64,000 bases of DNA. Origin: an uncultured Chloroflexia bacterium (GTDB lineage Bacteria > Chloroflexota > Chloroflexia > QHBQ01 > JADMIH01). The notes under the pieces were generated by a model. It was not told where the DNA came from. It worked only from the letters and a program-made list of their open reading frames with translations, and did not search any database. Made by a program: the position numbers and the translations under genes. Of this stretch, positions 26,985-36,880 are shown in pieces; the stretch's first letter is position 1, and every line of letters starts with the position of its first letter. Where the stretch lies: positions 111,431-175,430 of the forward strand of contig CAWCNY010000008.1 of the NCBI GenBank assembly GCA_963797095.1, given 5' to 3'.

Positions 26985-27977
26985 ATGAATAAACCAAGCG
27001 TTCAGGTGCGAAACACGGCAAGCAACAAGCAAACCACAACCAGCTCCGCACACCTGGCATTCACCCGCCAGCGAATTACCAGGCTGAAATGGATCACCAC
27101 GCTGGCACCCACCGCAGCCGTGTTCCTCTCCGAAACCATCCGCCACGATCTGTTCGAGCACCTTTTACCGCTACCTGTCGCCTATGGCAACCTCCTTACA
27201 GGCTTGTTGGTCCTGGTACTCGCCTATGGCTTCTCGGAGGTGATCTTTGGCATCGTGTTGCGCCTGCAAGACCAGGCACTGGCGCGAAGTCGAGAGGTAG
27301 CCGCTCTCGAAGCGGCGGTGCAGGAGCGCGAGCGTCTGAGCCGTGAGCTTCATGATGGCGTGGCCCAACTCGTCTCCTACCTGATGATACGGCTCGATAC
27401 GGTCGAATCGCTCGTCGAAAGCGAGCAGCGAGAGCAAGCCCTGGCCGAGTTAGAGCAGTTGCATGGCGTGGCCGATGATATCTACGTCGACATTCGCGAG
27501 TCGATTGCAGGGCTGCGCACCAATCTCAACGGTAAGCTGCTGGTGCCCGCCCTGCGAGATTATCTTGACGCGTTCGAGGAGCGGCACAATTTGCCCATAA
27601 AGCTAGAAACGAAAGGACAGCCTTTTCGCTTGCCAACTCAGGTGGCGGCCCAGATTTTCAGAATAGTGCAGGGAGCGCTGGCCAACGTGCGTAAGCACTC
27701 GGCGGCGCAACATGCCTGGGTCTTACTGAGCTATAGCCCAAGCAAACTGGAAATGACAATTGGTGACGATGGCGTTGGCTTCGACGTTGCTAACCTGTCT
27801 GGCACAGACACAGTAGGGCTTGACGCCATGCGCGAGCGCGCCGCCACGTTGGGCGGCACCTGCCGGGTGGAGAGCCTGCCAGGCCGGGGCACTCGCGTAA
27901 TCGTCAATGTGCCCTTATCAAAGAGAGAGAAGGTAGGCAATGCAACCGCCCCACCCCTTGAAGTTGCTGCTCGTTGA
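26985..27977 (+). CDS. Two-TM NarX-type sensor histidine kinase (HisKA_3)
   Basis: ERERLSRELHDGVAQ, QGALANVRKHS and DDGVGF motifs. Confidence 0.9.
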   Translation: MNKPSVQVRNTASNKQTTTSSAHLAFTRQRITRLKWITTLAPTAAVFLSETIRHDLFEHLLPLPVAYGNLLTGLLVLVLAYGFSEVIFGIVLRLQDQALARSREVAALEAAVQERERLSRELHDGVAQLVSYLMIRLDTVESLVESEQREQALAELEQLHGVADDIYVDIRESIAGLRTNLNGKLLVPALRDYLDAFEERHNLPIKLETKGQPFRLPTQVAAQIFRIVQGALANVRKHSAAQHAWVLLSYSPSKLEMTIGDDGVGFDVANLSGTDTVGLDAMRERAATLGGTCRVESLPGRGTRVIVNVPLSKREKVGNATAPPLEVAAR

Positions 27978-28626
27978 TGATCACGACCTCTTTAGAGAGG
28001 GGCTGGTAGCGCTCTTTTCGTACCAGCACGATTTCGTGGTGGTCGGTGAGGCGGGGGACGCCGAAAGCGCTATCGCCCAGGCTCGCAAGCTCCGGCCCGA
28101 CCTCGTGCTGATGGATATCGACCTGTCCGGTGGCGATGGTGTGCTCGCCACCCAGCAAATCAAGAGTGAGATGCCTGGTGTTGCCGTCGTGATGCTCACA
28201 GTCTACGACGATACCGAGAAACTGCTGGAAGCCATCAAAGCCGGTGCTGAGGGCTATCTGGTCAAGAACATTCGCGCCTCTGAGTTAATTGTGCAATTGC
28301 GCGGCCTGGCTCATGGCGAGGCTGCCATAACAAGGCGTATGGCGACGCGCGTCCTCAACGAGTTCCGCAAGCAAGATAATGATGGCGAGTCCGAGCAACC
28401 CACCGGAACCGACCCGCAGCTAACGCCCAGGGAGCTTGAGGTGCTCGAACTGGTGGCTGCTCGCAACTCCAATCGAGAGATCGCCGATACCCTCACGATC
28501 AGCGAGTATACGGTCAAGAACCACATCAAGAGTATTCTCACCAAGCTGCAATTGCGTAGCAGACACCAGGCAGCCATGTATGGAGTAGCTCGCGGCTGGA
28601 TACACCCTACGGATAGCACTCAGTAG
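27940..28626 (+). CDS. NarL/LuxR-family response regulator
   Basis: LVDDHDLFREG, LMDID and LTPRELEVL..SNREIA..TVKNHI motifs. Confidence 0.93.
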   Translation: MQPPHPLKLLLVDDHDLFREGLVALFSYQHDFVVVGEAGDAESAIAQARKLRPDLVLMDIDLSGGDGVLATQQIKSEMPGVAVVMLTVYDDTEKLLEAIKAGAEGYLVKNIRASELIVQLRGLAHGEAAITRRMATRVLNEFRKQDNDGESEQPTGTDPQLTPRELEVLELVAARNSNREIADTLTISEYTVKNHIKSILTKLQLRSRHQAAMYGVARGWIHPTDSTQ

Positions 28627-28696
28627 CCCTTTCCCAATCCAAGGGCTGGCCCTTTAAGTCCAATGGCGATCGCCAGAATAGCCCTTTTATAGCCCT
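28624..28696. promoter_or_regulatory. Cluster of TRGCCCT heptamer half-sites, candidate binding sites for the adjacent response regulator
   Basis: TAGCCCT at 28624, 28679 and 28690, TGGCCCT at 28647 and an inverted AGGGCTG at 28642, all upstream of the copper cluster. Confidence 0.45.
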
Positions 28697-28789
28697 CCAT
28701 TCACGCCGGTAGGCATTGCGGCTCACATGCCCACGCCCTATCCTAAGAACCATGACTATCCGGGCAGGGTAGAGGAGGTAGTGAAAGGT

Positions 28790-29428
28790 ATGTTCACATC
28801 ACATGGCAGCCTTGCTGCTCACAAGGAGAAAGCTGACGATGCCTCATATGGGGGCCGGACGCGGGCCGCGCGCACGCTCTGGCCGGTGTTACTGCTACTC
28901 ATCCTATCGCTGGTACTGTCGGCGTGCGGCGGGACGGGCACAGACAGCGGAAATTCCGGCAATACGAAAATAGACCTCACCGTATCGCCCAACCCCCCTG
29001 TCGTTGGCCCCGCCCAATTGACCATCACCCTCAAAGACGGTTCCGGCAACGCGATCAACGATGCCACTGTGACGGTCGAGGGCGACATGACCCACGCGGG
29101 CATGGTGCCGGTGCAAGCCGATGCCACCAGCATGGGTAATGGCACCTACATGGTCAACAATTTCAATTTCAATATGGGCGGCGATTGGGTGCTCACCGTA
29201 TCGGCTACCTTGCCCGGCGGCGACAAAGCCCAGGGCACTTTCAACTACAATGGGGTTGCCGGTGGGATGGAGATGACAGGCACGATGACCCCTGGCATGG
29301 AGATGACAGGCACGATGACCCCTGGCATGGAGATGACAGGCACGATGACACCAGGCCTGAGTGATAACATGGAAATGCAGGGAATGCCAACGCCAACTGA
29401 CACGCCCTGTCCTTGTAGCAGTCCTTGA
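28790..29428 (+). CDS. YtkA/FixH-like lipoprotein with a Met-rich C-terminal tail (candidate Cu chaperone)
   Basis: Lipobox LSAC; GDMTHAGMVP..GTY..FNMGGDWVLTV; (GMEMTGTMTP)x3; terminal CPC; GAGGAGG RBS. Confidence 0.8.
   Translation: MFTSHGSLAAHKEKADDASYGGRTRAARTLWPVLLLLILSLVLSACGGTGTDSGNSGNTKIDLTVSPNPPVVGPAQLTITLKDGSGNAINDATVTVEGDMTHAGMVPVQADATSMGNGTYMVNNFNFNMGGDWVLTVSATLPGGDKAQGTFNYNGVAGGMEMTGTMTPGMEMTGTMTPGMEMTGTMTPGLSDNMEMQGMPTPTDTPCPCSSP
29267..29356 (+). repeat. 3 x 30-bp in-frame repeat encoding MEMTGTMTPG
   Basis: Read directly. Confidence 0.95.
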
Positions 29429-29466
29429 GAGCGAAAGCAAGCTGAAAAACGGGTCGAGGTTAGTAA

Positions 29467-31101
29467 ATGGGTGGAGCAGTAACAACGTCAGTAACACGAT
29501 CTTCGAAAGCGGCACCCAGAGGTTTCGACTTGCTGCGCGTACCTCTTGTGGGGCGCTTCCTCAAGTGGCGGTACGCCCGCGCGGCTATGCAAATACCCAT
29601 GCTGTTGGCCTCGGCGCTGATCCTTTACGATGGCTTCTGGGGACCACAGCTTGCGCCGAAGAACCTGGCAGGCGTGGCCCCCTGGGTGCACTGGCGCGGC
29701 TTCGTGGTGCTGGCGATCCTGGTGGCAGGCAATCTCTTTTGCATGGCCTGTCCTTTCATGCTGCCTCGCAAGCTCGCCAAGAAACTGCTGCCTGCGAATC
29801 GCCCCTGGCCCAGTTGGCTGCGCTCAAAGTGGCTCGCCGCCGGTTTGCTCGTGGCCTTCTTCTGGAGCTACGAAGGCTTCAACCTGTGGGCAAGCCCCTG
29901 GCTCACCGCCTGGGTAGCGCTGGCCTATTTCGCGGTCGCCTTTGTCGTGGATGGCTTCTTCAAAGGCGCTGCCTTCTGCAAGTACGTGTGCCCTATCGGT
30001 CAATTCCACTTTGTTAACTCCCTTTCCTCGCCCCTGGAAATAAAGGTCCGGCAACCCACCGTATGCGCGTCGTGTACCACTAAAGACTGCATAAAGGGGC
30101 ACTACGAGAATGCCGACCTGACCCGTGTAGCAGCGCCGCTGGCGGCCCCTGCTGCGCCCGAGCCCACTCCTTCCTCGGCGTCCGCACCGCTTACCTTGAT
30201 GGCGGCCCCAAAGACTCGCCCGGAAGCCTCTGCTGCCCCGGCAACTCGCGCACAGCAGAGAGGACGGCTGGTCCAGAATGGCTGCGAGCTGTGGCTCTTC
30301 CAGGAGCGCAAGGTCGGCAATATGGACTGCACATTCTGCCTCGATTGCGTTCATGCTTGCCCGCACGACAACGTGGGCATCCTGGCCCGTGTGCCAACCA
30401 GCGAGATATGGGACGATTCGCGCCGTTCAGGCGTTGGGCGCTTCAGCGACCGGCCCGACCTGGCCGCCCTGGCGCTGGTGCTTGTGTTTGCTTCTTTCTT
30501 CAACGCCTTCGGTATGGTCACACCCGTTTATCCCATCGAGCAGTGGCTGGCTACAACACTTGGCACCGACTCCAAGGCTGTAGTGCTGTTGGTCATGGTC
30601 GCACCAGCACTGATCCTCCTGCCTCTCTTGCTGGTGGGCGTGACCGGGTGGGCCAGTCTCATTCTTACAGGCGCGCGCGATAGCATTGTCAAGGTAGCTA
30701 CCCGCTACAGCTTCGCGCTGGTGCCTCTTGGCTTCGGGATGTGGCTGGCGCACTACAGCTTTCACTTTCTTATCGGGGCGTTGACAATCATACCGGTGAT
30801 GCAGAACTTCGCGGCCATGCTGGGTATAACTCTGCTCGGCTCGCCCAACTGGAGCCTCGGCCCCCTTGTGCCGACCAGCATGTTGGTCCCGATAGAGTTG
30901 ATGTTCCTGGATGCAGGGCTTGCGGCTTCTTTGTATTCAATCTACCGGATATCGCGTCGCGAGCACTCCGGCTCCGATTCGGGGAATCTGTGGCGAGCGG
31001 CCTTCCCCTGGATGGTGCTGGCTGTCGTCCTCTTTGTACTGGGGGCATGGCTTATGCTACAACCTATGGAGATGCGCGGCACGCTCTTCAGCGGAGCCTG
31101 A
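29467..31101 (+). CDS. Polytopic membrane 4Fe-4S protein (NapH/FixG/NosR-C-terminal-like)
   Basis: FCMACPF, FCKYVCPIG, CASCTTKDC and CTFCLDCVHACP motifs; many TM helices. Confidence 0.82.
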   Translation: MGGAVTTSVTRSSKAAPRGFDLLRVPLVGRFLKWRYARAAMQIPMLLASALILYDGFWGPQLAPKNLAGVAPWVHWRGFVVLAILVAGNLFCMACPFMLPRKLAKKLLPANRPWPSWLRSKWLAAGLLVAFFWSYEGFNLWASPWLTAWVALAYFAVAFVVDGFFKGAAFCKYVCPIGQFHFVNSLSSPLEIKVRQPTVCASCTTKDCIKGHYENADLTRVAAPLAAPAAPEPTPSSASAPLTLMAAPKTRPEASAAPATRAQQRGRLVQNGCELWLFQERKVGNMDCTFCLDCVHACPHDNVGILARVPTSEIWDDSRRSGVGRFSDRPDLAALALVLVFASFFNAFGMVTPVYPIEQWLATTLGTDSKAVVLLVMVAPALILLPLLLVGVTGWASLILTGARDSIVKVATRYSFALVPLGFGMWLAHYSFHFLIGALTIIPVMQNFAAMLGITLLGSPNWSLGPLVPTSMLVPIELMFLDAGLAASLYSIYRISRREHSGSDSGNLWRAAFPWMVLAVVLFVLGAWLMLQPMEMRGTLFSGA

Positions 31102-31164
31102 TCCAATCGCGGAAAAATAGTGCCGCTTTCATTGGCGCGACGGTGAAGGTGGTGATAATGTCAA

Positions 31165-31848
31165 ATGATCGATCAAACACATACCGGCATAGTGGGCAAG
31201 CTCATGCCACTGCTGGTTGGCGCAGTCCTCTTGGTACTGGCTACGGTGGCGCTGGCAGTTGGCGGCTTACCGTTTCAGAGTAGCTCCCCTCCGCAGTTAG
31301 CGGGCACCACCCTCGCTGCTCAGCCCGCACCCGATTTTGAGCTATCAGACCAATCCAACACACAGGTGCGGCTGTCCGACTTGCGTGGCAAGATAGTTTC
31401 GCTGTCGTTCCTCTACACTAGTTGCCCCGATGTTTGTCCTCTGACGGCGTCCAAGTTACTTGCCGCCTACGCACGGCTGCCCCAATCCGAGCAAAGCCGC
31501 ATTGAAATCCTGGCAGTGACGGTCGATCCAGAACACGACAATCAACAGCGGAGGGCGAATTTCGTCCATGCGCAAGGGTTGGATGGTGTGCTACACTTCC
31601 TTGGGGGTGATCAATCTGACGTGAGCAAGGTTTGGGATTCATACCACATCGGCGTGTCGCTGCCTACACCCGGCACAGAGAGTGCGGGTATCTCAACCAT
31701 CAACCACAACGCCGTGACTTACCTGGTTGATGCCGACGGTAATGAGCGCGTGCTGATGGACGATCGCGACTTTACGCCTGACGAGCTTGCCGGTAATTTC
31801 ACGGCTTTGTTGCCTCCCCTTGCCTCTGTGAGCATGAGTACACCGTGA
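31165..31848 (+). CDS. SCO1/SenC copper chaperone
   Basis: N-terminal TM helix; FLYTSCPDVCP, VTVDPEHD and distal His (INHNAVTYLVD). Confidence 0.92.
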   Translation: MIDQTHTGIVGKLMPLLVGAVLLVLATVALAVGGLPFQSSSPPQLAGTTLAAQPAPDFELSDQSNTQVRLSDLRGKIVSLSFLYTSCPDVCPLTASKLLAAYARLPQSEQSRIEILAVTVDPEHDNQQRRANFVHAQGLDGVLHFLGGDQSDVSKVWDSYHIGVSLPTPGTESAGISTINHNAVTYLVDADGNERVLMDDRDFTPDELAGNFTALLPPLASVSMSTP

Positions 31849-32705
31849 CCATCAACCTGACGTTTGACCCGATAGTCGCACGAATTGGGCAGGTAGATAT
31901 AAGCTGGCAAGGTATCTTCACCGCGTTGGCGCTTGCGCTGGGCGTGTGGCTCGCCGTGCGTAACGCCAGTCGGCTGAGCATAACCATCGCGACGTGCGGG
32001 CACCTGATCCTCCTGACCTTATTAGGCGGTGTGATAAGCGGGCGATTAGTACACCTGGCAACTCATTGGCTCTACTATTCAGCCAATCCGGGCGAGGCGG
32101 CCACCCTCTGGGATGGTGGAGCGTCTCTGTACGGGGCGTTGCTGGGAGGTAGCCTCGTACTCTGGTTGGCGGCACGACGACAAAGGCTAGCCCCCTGGGC
32201 CCTGCTCGATGCTGCCGCGCCCGCTGCTCTCGCGGGAGTGGCTTTGGGCAGGATAGGTTGCTTGCTGGTTGGGGCTGCCTGGGGTGTTCCGACAGATGCT
32301 CCCTGGGGCGTCATTTACTGGAATCCCGGCGATGTGCTGCCGCCGAACCTGTTGAGTTTGCCTTTGCACCCTTACCCGTTGTACGAATTTGCGGCTGTGC
32401 TGGCGGTACTGGGGGGCCTGTGGCTCCTGCGACGCAGATTGACGTTCACCGGCAGCACGTTCCTGGTGGCGGCCACAGGTTACGCGATCATCAGGCTTGG
32501 GCTGGCAGGCTTTCGTCCGGAGCCGGAAGCCGTACAGTTGCTGGCACTGACGAGCGGTTTGATCTGCTGCTGCTTGTTGCTCCTGATAGCGCCTGGCAGG
32601 CGGTGGGTACATATTGCACTCAGCGATAGAAAGATTGTATCCATTGACAGCTTACCCTTTGAAAACAACCACACCAACACTACGAGAGACAGACATGCGA
32701 CATAG
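31845..32705 (+). CDS. lgt: Prolipoprotein diacylglyceryl transferase family protein
   Basis: WDGGASLYGALLGG, ALGRIGC, WGVPTDAPWGVIY and HPYPLYE motifs. Confidence 0.78.
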   Translation: MTINLTFDPIVARIGQVDISWQGIFTALALALGVWLAVRNASRLSITIATCGHLILLTLLGGVISGRLVHLATHWLYYSANPGEAATLWDGGASLYGALLGGSLVLWLAARRQRLAPWALLDAAAPAALAGVALGRIGCLLVGAAWGVPTDAPWGVIYWNPGDVLPPNLLSLPLHPYPLYEFAAVLAVLGGLWLLRRRLTFTGSTFLVAATGYAIIRLGLAGFRPEPEAVQLLALTSGLICCCLLLLIAPGRRWVHIALSDRKIVSIDSLPFENNHTNTTRDRHAT

Positions 32706-33360
32706 TACGGAATATGATGGCAAGAGAGGGCAACGGCTCGCGCCCCACAATCCGAGAATACGAAAACCCATAACATGTGTGATATCGCAATTGCTGGCGC
32801 TTAGCTTCGTGCTTCAACTCCTTGTGCAGGCACAACCCGCTTCGGCGAACGGCGGCACGATTCAGGTGTCGAGCGAGCCGGTAGGGCCATATGAAGTTAC
32901 AGTGCTCACAAGTCCCAGCCCTCTGGTAGCAGGCACAGCGGATATAACAGTTGCCGTGATCGACCCGCGTATCGTCTCCCCCTCGCAAGATCCGACGGCC
33001 CTGGATGCGCAGGTGGAGGTGACTGCCCAACCCGCAGACAATAGCTCCCCCCCGGCCTCATTTCCGGCGACACATGATCAGGCGACAAACAAACTGCTGT
33101 ACCAGGCGAACGTTGCCTTGCCGTCGAGCGGCCAATGGCAGTTTACTGTGCGGGTTAGCGGCCCTGACGGCGGCGGCAGCGTGCAGTTTGCAGCTGATGT
33201 AAGCCCCTCCCTTTTCGCGATGGACCCCACCCAGTTCATCTGCACGGCGATCCCCGTTCTTATTATTGTCACTGTCGGGATAGTGGCACTGGTCAGGAGC
33301 AGACGCAAGCAATCGACACCGGGTTCAGGCTCTGAACCGCTCCCGGAGCCTGAGTCATGA
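32695..33360 (+). CDS. Secreted/membrane-anchored YtkA-like Ig-fold protein
   Basis: Signal-like segment ending PASA; GPYEVTV..SPSPLVAG; THDQATNKLLY..LPSSGQWQFTVRV; C-terminal TM helix. Start uncertain. Confidence 0.6.
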   Translation: MRHSTEYDGKRGQRLAPHNPRIRKPITCVISQLLALSFVLQLLVQAQPASANGGTIQVSSEPVGPYEVTVLTSPSPLVAGTADITVAVIDPRIVSPSQDPTALDAQVEVTAQPADNSSPPASFPATHDQATNKLLYQANVALPSSGQWQFTVRVSGPDGGGSVQFAADVSPSLFAMDPTQFICTAIPVLIIVTVGIVALVRSRRKQSTPGSGSEPLPEPES

Positions 33361-33800
33361 TCGGCGTAAGGGATATCTATTCAAGGTTCACCCACCGTAC
33401 TATACACTCGCGAACTACATGGTACGCTTTGCTGATAGTGCTGAGCCTGGCGCTCGGATTGGGGTTGAACGCGGGTACGATACCCGAAAGCCCGGGTCGC
33501 TGGCAACCCGACGGTGCGAAAGCCGCCATATTGGAGAGCAATTGGGCTTACGATTATCTCACGGTGCAACCCCGCGATGGAGACCACATCTCCTCGAACC
33601 TGTATGTGGCACTGGCCGAAGGGGAGAATGCATGGGCCGCTGCCTATCTTGAGCGGCAAAGAGATGCCCTGGCTCGTGCATCAGGGCGTGCTACACCCGC
33701 AAGTGCCGTACAGGTCCAGAGCGTAGTGCATCTGTTGGAGTGCTATGAGTTGCTGCTGAAGACTGCGCCGTTGCCGGCTATTCCGAGGTGTGACTTCTAA
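33357..33800 (+). CDS. Hypothetical protein with an N-terminal TM helix
   Basis: ATGA overlap with the upstream gene; no recognisable motif. Confidence 0.45.
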   Translation: MIGVRDIYSRFTHRTIHSRTTWYALLIVLSLALGLGLNAGTIPESPGRWQPDGAKAAILESNWAYDYLTVQPRDGDHISSNLYVALAEGENAWAAAYLERQRDALARASGRATPASAVQVQSVVHLLECYELLLKTAPLPAIPRCDF

Positions 33801-33911
33801 TTTTTCAGACTTGTCGGGCCCGCCTGGCTCAGATTATAGCTTGACATAAATGTGGCGGAGATATTCTGGGCCTACTTCAAGGGTAGCTAATGGGGATGCC
33901 GGGCTGATCGA

Positions 33912-34700
33912 CTATGTTGTGCTCAGGAACTTCAGCAGACAGGCGTTAAACATCTCCGGTTGCTCGATATTCGATAGATGGGCGGTGTTGGGGAAAATGA
34001 TCAGCTTACTACCGGCGATGGCGTTGTGCAGTTGCTTCGATTGTATTGGGGGTGTGCTCTCGTCCAATTCACCGCTAATGATAAGCGACGGCACCCGAAT
34101 GATAGGTACGATCACGCTCAGATCGGCATCGCGCAAAGCTGCACATGCTGCTATGTAACCCTCCGGATCTGTGGCTTCAAGCATATCGCCAATCACATCC
34201 GTTACAATCGGTTGACGCTCACGAAACTCCCGGCTGAGGAAGCGTTTGATGCCGATTTCTCGCGCAGCGGCCATCCTACCTTCACGCACCAACTTTATGC
34301 GCGTGGCCCAGCTTTCAATAGAGCCGATTCGGGCCGAGGTATTCGCGAATACCGCGCGATGAACACGCTCACGGTGCATGGCTGCGACCCAGAGAGCAAC
34401 CATACCGCCAAGCGAGATGCCACAGATATGAGCGCGCTCGATCTCAAAGTGGTCGAGCACTGCCAGCAGATCACGCTCAAGACGTTCAATGGTAGCAGGC
34501 TCATCGGGCACGTCAGATTGGCCGTGACCACGCATATCGTAGCGAACGATACGAAAAGCGGACCTCAAGGCGATGGCCTGGGCATCCCACAAATGCATAT
34601 TGGTGCCTATGGAGTTGGAGAACACCAGCGCAGGAGCGTCCGAATTCCCCTCGATCTGGCAGGCGATCTGCACACCATCAACTGGCACATACTCTATCAT
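33912..34700 (-). CDS. pcaD: 3-oxoadipate enol-lactonase
   Basis: SNSIGT, RYDMRGHGQS, GISLGG nucleophile elbow and AHLSNIEQP; pca context. Confidence 0.92.
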   Translation of the reverse strand: MIEYVPVDGVQIACQIEGNSDAPALVFSNSIGTNMHLWDAQAIALRSAFRIVRYDMRGHGQSDVPDEPATIERLERDLLAVLDHFEIERAHICGISLGGMVALWVAAMHRERVHRAVFANTSARIGSIESWATRIKLVREGRMAAAREIGIKRFLSREFRERQPIVTDVIGDMLEATDPEGYIAACAALRDADLSVIVPIIRVPSLIISGELDESTPPIQSKQLHNAIAGSKLIIFPNTAHLSNIEQPEMFNACLLKFLSTT

Positions 34701-36049
34701 GCGTTTTCGGCACTCATCATCGCTTGATAGCCCTCAAGGGCGCGGTCAATGAACGCGTCTGTGCTGCCAAGGTAGCTGGCAGGATCAAGTGCGGCCTCGA
34801 TGGCATCGGGGGGCAGAATGGCGCGAATTTGTTCGTCGCTCAAGGAGGCGTCTTGCAAGCTGATCCCTTGTTCAAGCGCACGCGCGCCCACAGCCTGGAC
34901 CAGATGTTGGGCTTGCTGCTTCCCTATGTAGGGTGCGAGTGCTACCAGTAGCGCCTCGGACATCAGCAATCCGCCGCTCTGCTGGAGGTTGGCGTGCATT
35001 CTTTGGGGATCTACCTGCAAGTCCCGTAGGGCGTTGCCCACGCGGGCTACCGCGCTGCTTGTAAAGCAGAACAGGTCTGGGATGGCCTGCCATTCGGCCT
35101 GCCAGGCTCCTGCTGCGCGTTCGTGCTCCTGGGCCATCGATGCCAGCATGATGGGAACCTGTCCAAGCGCCAGCCGCGACGCTGCAAGGGCCATAGTAGC
35201 ATCAACCGGGTTGCGCTTCTGGGGCATGGCCGAGGAGCCGCCTTTGCCTGGGGCTGCCTCTTCTGATACTTCTCCAACCTCTGTTTGGGCGAGGAGCACC
35301 AGGTCGCTTGCGATCTTCGCCATAGAGCCAGCGGTGATGCCAAGTGTGGCGGCGACGGTGGTAAAGCGGTCGCGCTCGGTGTGCCAGGGGAGATCCGGCA
35401 AGGGTAGATTGAGACCCTGGGCGACTATGCGCACAACCTCCAATCCTTTGTCTCCGAGCACGGCAAGGGTGCCCGCAGCACCGCCCAATTGGAGGGCCAA
35501 CGATTGGGCGCGGCTGCGGCGTAATGCCTCTATTTGACGGGTCGCGAGGGCGAGCCAGCGGGCGGCCTTCAGTCCGAAGGTGATCGGCATGGCCTGCTGT
35601 AGTAAGGTCCTTCCGGCCATGAGGGTATGGCGGTGCTGCTCGGCGAGGGTGGCTGCAGACTTGCACAGGTCGCGCAGGCTGTCTACGAGGAGGTTCAGGC
35701 CGTCGCGCATTTCTAGCGCAAGGGCTGTGTCTATGGCATCCTGACTGGTAGCGCCCCAATGTATGTAGGATTTCGCGGGATCGGCTATGTGCTCGCCTAG
35801 CATTCGGACCAGAGGAATGGCCGGTGTGCCCGCGAGGGATACCTCTTCGAATATGCGTGGCACATCAAATAGCTCGACCCGGCAACCGGCTTCTATAGCG
35901 TCAGCCGCTTCTTGAGGGATCACCCCGGCTTCGGCCTCGGCGCGGGCCAGGGCTGCCTCGAAGGCAAGCATCTTCTGTACGTGGGATTCCGCCGAGAAGA
36001 TGGCGTCCATCTCGGTGGTAGTGAAGAGATTGCCCGTGGGCGTGCCCAT
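34697..36049 (-). CDS. pcaB: 3-carboxy-cis,cis-muconate cycloisomerase
   Basis: HWGATSQD, GRTLLQQA, GGSSAMPQKRNP and EHERAAG motifs. Confidence 0.93.
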   Translation of the reverse strand: MGTPTGNLFTTTEMDAIFSAESHVQKMLAFEAALARAEAEAGVIPQEAADAIEAGCRVELFDVPRIFEEVSLAGTPAIPLVRMLGEHIADPAKSYIHWGATSQDAIDTALALEMRDGLNLLVDSLRDLCKSAATLAEQHRHTLMAGRTLLQQAMPITFGLKAARWLALATRQIEALRRSRAQSLALQLGGAAGTLAVLGDKGLEVVRIVAQGLNLPLPDLPWHTERDRFTTVAATLGITAGSMAKIASDLVLLAQTEVGEVSEEAAPGKGGSSAMPQKRNPVDATMALAASRLALGQVPIMLASMAQEHERAAGAWQAEWQAIPDLFCFTSSAVARVGNALRDLQVDPQRMHANLQQSGGLLMSEALLVALAPYIGKQQAQHLVQAVGARALEQGISLQDASLSDEQIRAILPPDAIEAALDPASYLGSTDAFIDRALEGYQAMMSAENA

Positions 36050-36829
36050 TTAGGTTGCCTCCTGGCTGTGGGCTTGGGCCGTACGAGCTTGTAAATCTCG
36101 GAGGACCGCCAGTTCGGTTTGATCGGGTGGGGGCGTTTGCTCGATCTGTTTCGCGAAACGGATGGGCCAGCCTGTGTTTACGCTAATTTGCTCACGAGTG
36201 ACGCCTGCGTGGATGGAGACAACTGTTAGTTCCTTTGTGCTGGGGTCGGGGCGCATGAGGCAAAGGTCGGTTATTACGAGGGTAGGGCCTTGCGTGCGCA
36301 GGCCGAGGCGTTGGCGGTGATCGCCACCTTCGCCATGCCCGAATGAGGTAATGAAGTCAACATGTTGCACGAATGAGCGGGCGGTCTGTGCCATGACGAC
36401 ATAGACTTGTTTGCAGTGGCTTGCGATCTGCGGCGCGCCGCCGCCCCCCGGCAGGCGTACTTTGGGTTGGGTGTAGCTGCCTATCACGCTGGAATTGATG
36501 TTGGCGAAGCGGTCGATCTGAGCACCCCCCAGGAAGCCAACGGAGATGCGGCCACCCTGAAGCCAGTAGCTGAACATTTCAGGCACAGAGACCGTGCAGA
36601 GGGCGGTTTCGCATAGCTCAGGATCGCCTATGGAGAGGGGGAGTACATCGGGCTTGGTGCCGATCGTGCCCGATTCGTAAATGAGGGTGATATCGGGCGC
36701 GTGGGTGAGGCGGGCGAGATTACAGGCCAGCGAGGGCGCGCCAATACCGACGAAGCAAATGTCGTCGTTAGTCAAGGCGCGGGCTGCGGCGACTGCCATC
36801 ATTTCGGAGGTTGTGTAAGGTGTAGTCAT
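36050..36829 (-). CDS. pcaJ: 3-oxoadipate CoA-transferase subunit B (CatJ/GctB type)
   Basis: FVGIGAPS, LIYESG, GFLGGAQIDRFANINS and RLPGGGGAP motifs. Confidence 0.88.
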   Translation of the reverse strand: MTTPYTTSEMMAVAAARALTNDDICFVGIGAPSLACNLARLTHAPDITLIYESGTIGTKPDVLPLSIGDPELCETALCTVSVPEMFSYWLQGGRISVGFLGGAQIDRFANINSSVIGSYTQPKVRLPGGGGAPQIASHCKQVYVVMAQTARSFVQHVDFITSFGHGEGGDHRQRLGLRTQGPTLVITDLCLMRPDPSTKELTVVSIHAGVTREQISVNTGWPIRFAKQIEQTPPPDQTELAVLRDLQARTAQAHSQEAT

Positions 36830-36880
36830 TCGTTATTAGTTTTTCTTGTCTCTTCAAGAAACGATAAAAGAGAGAGTAGA

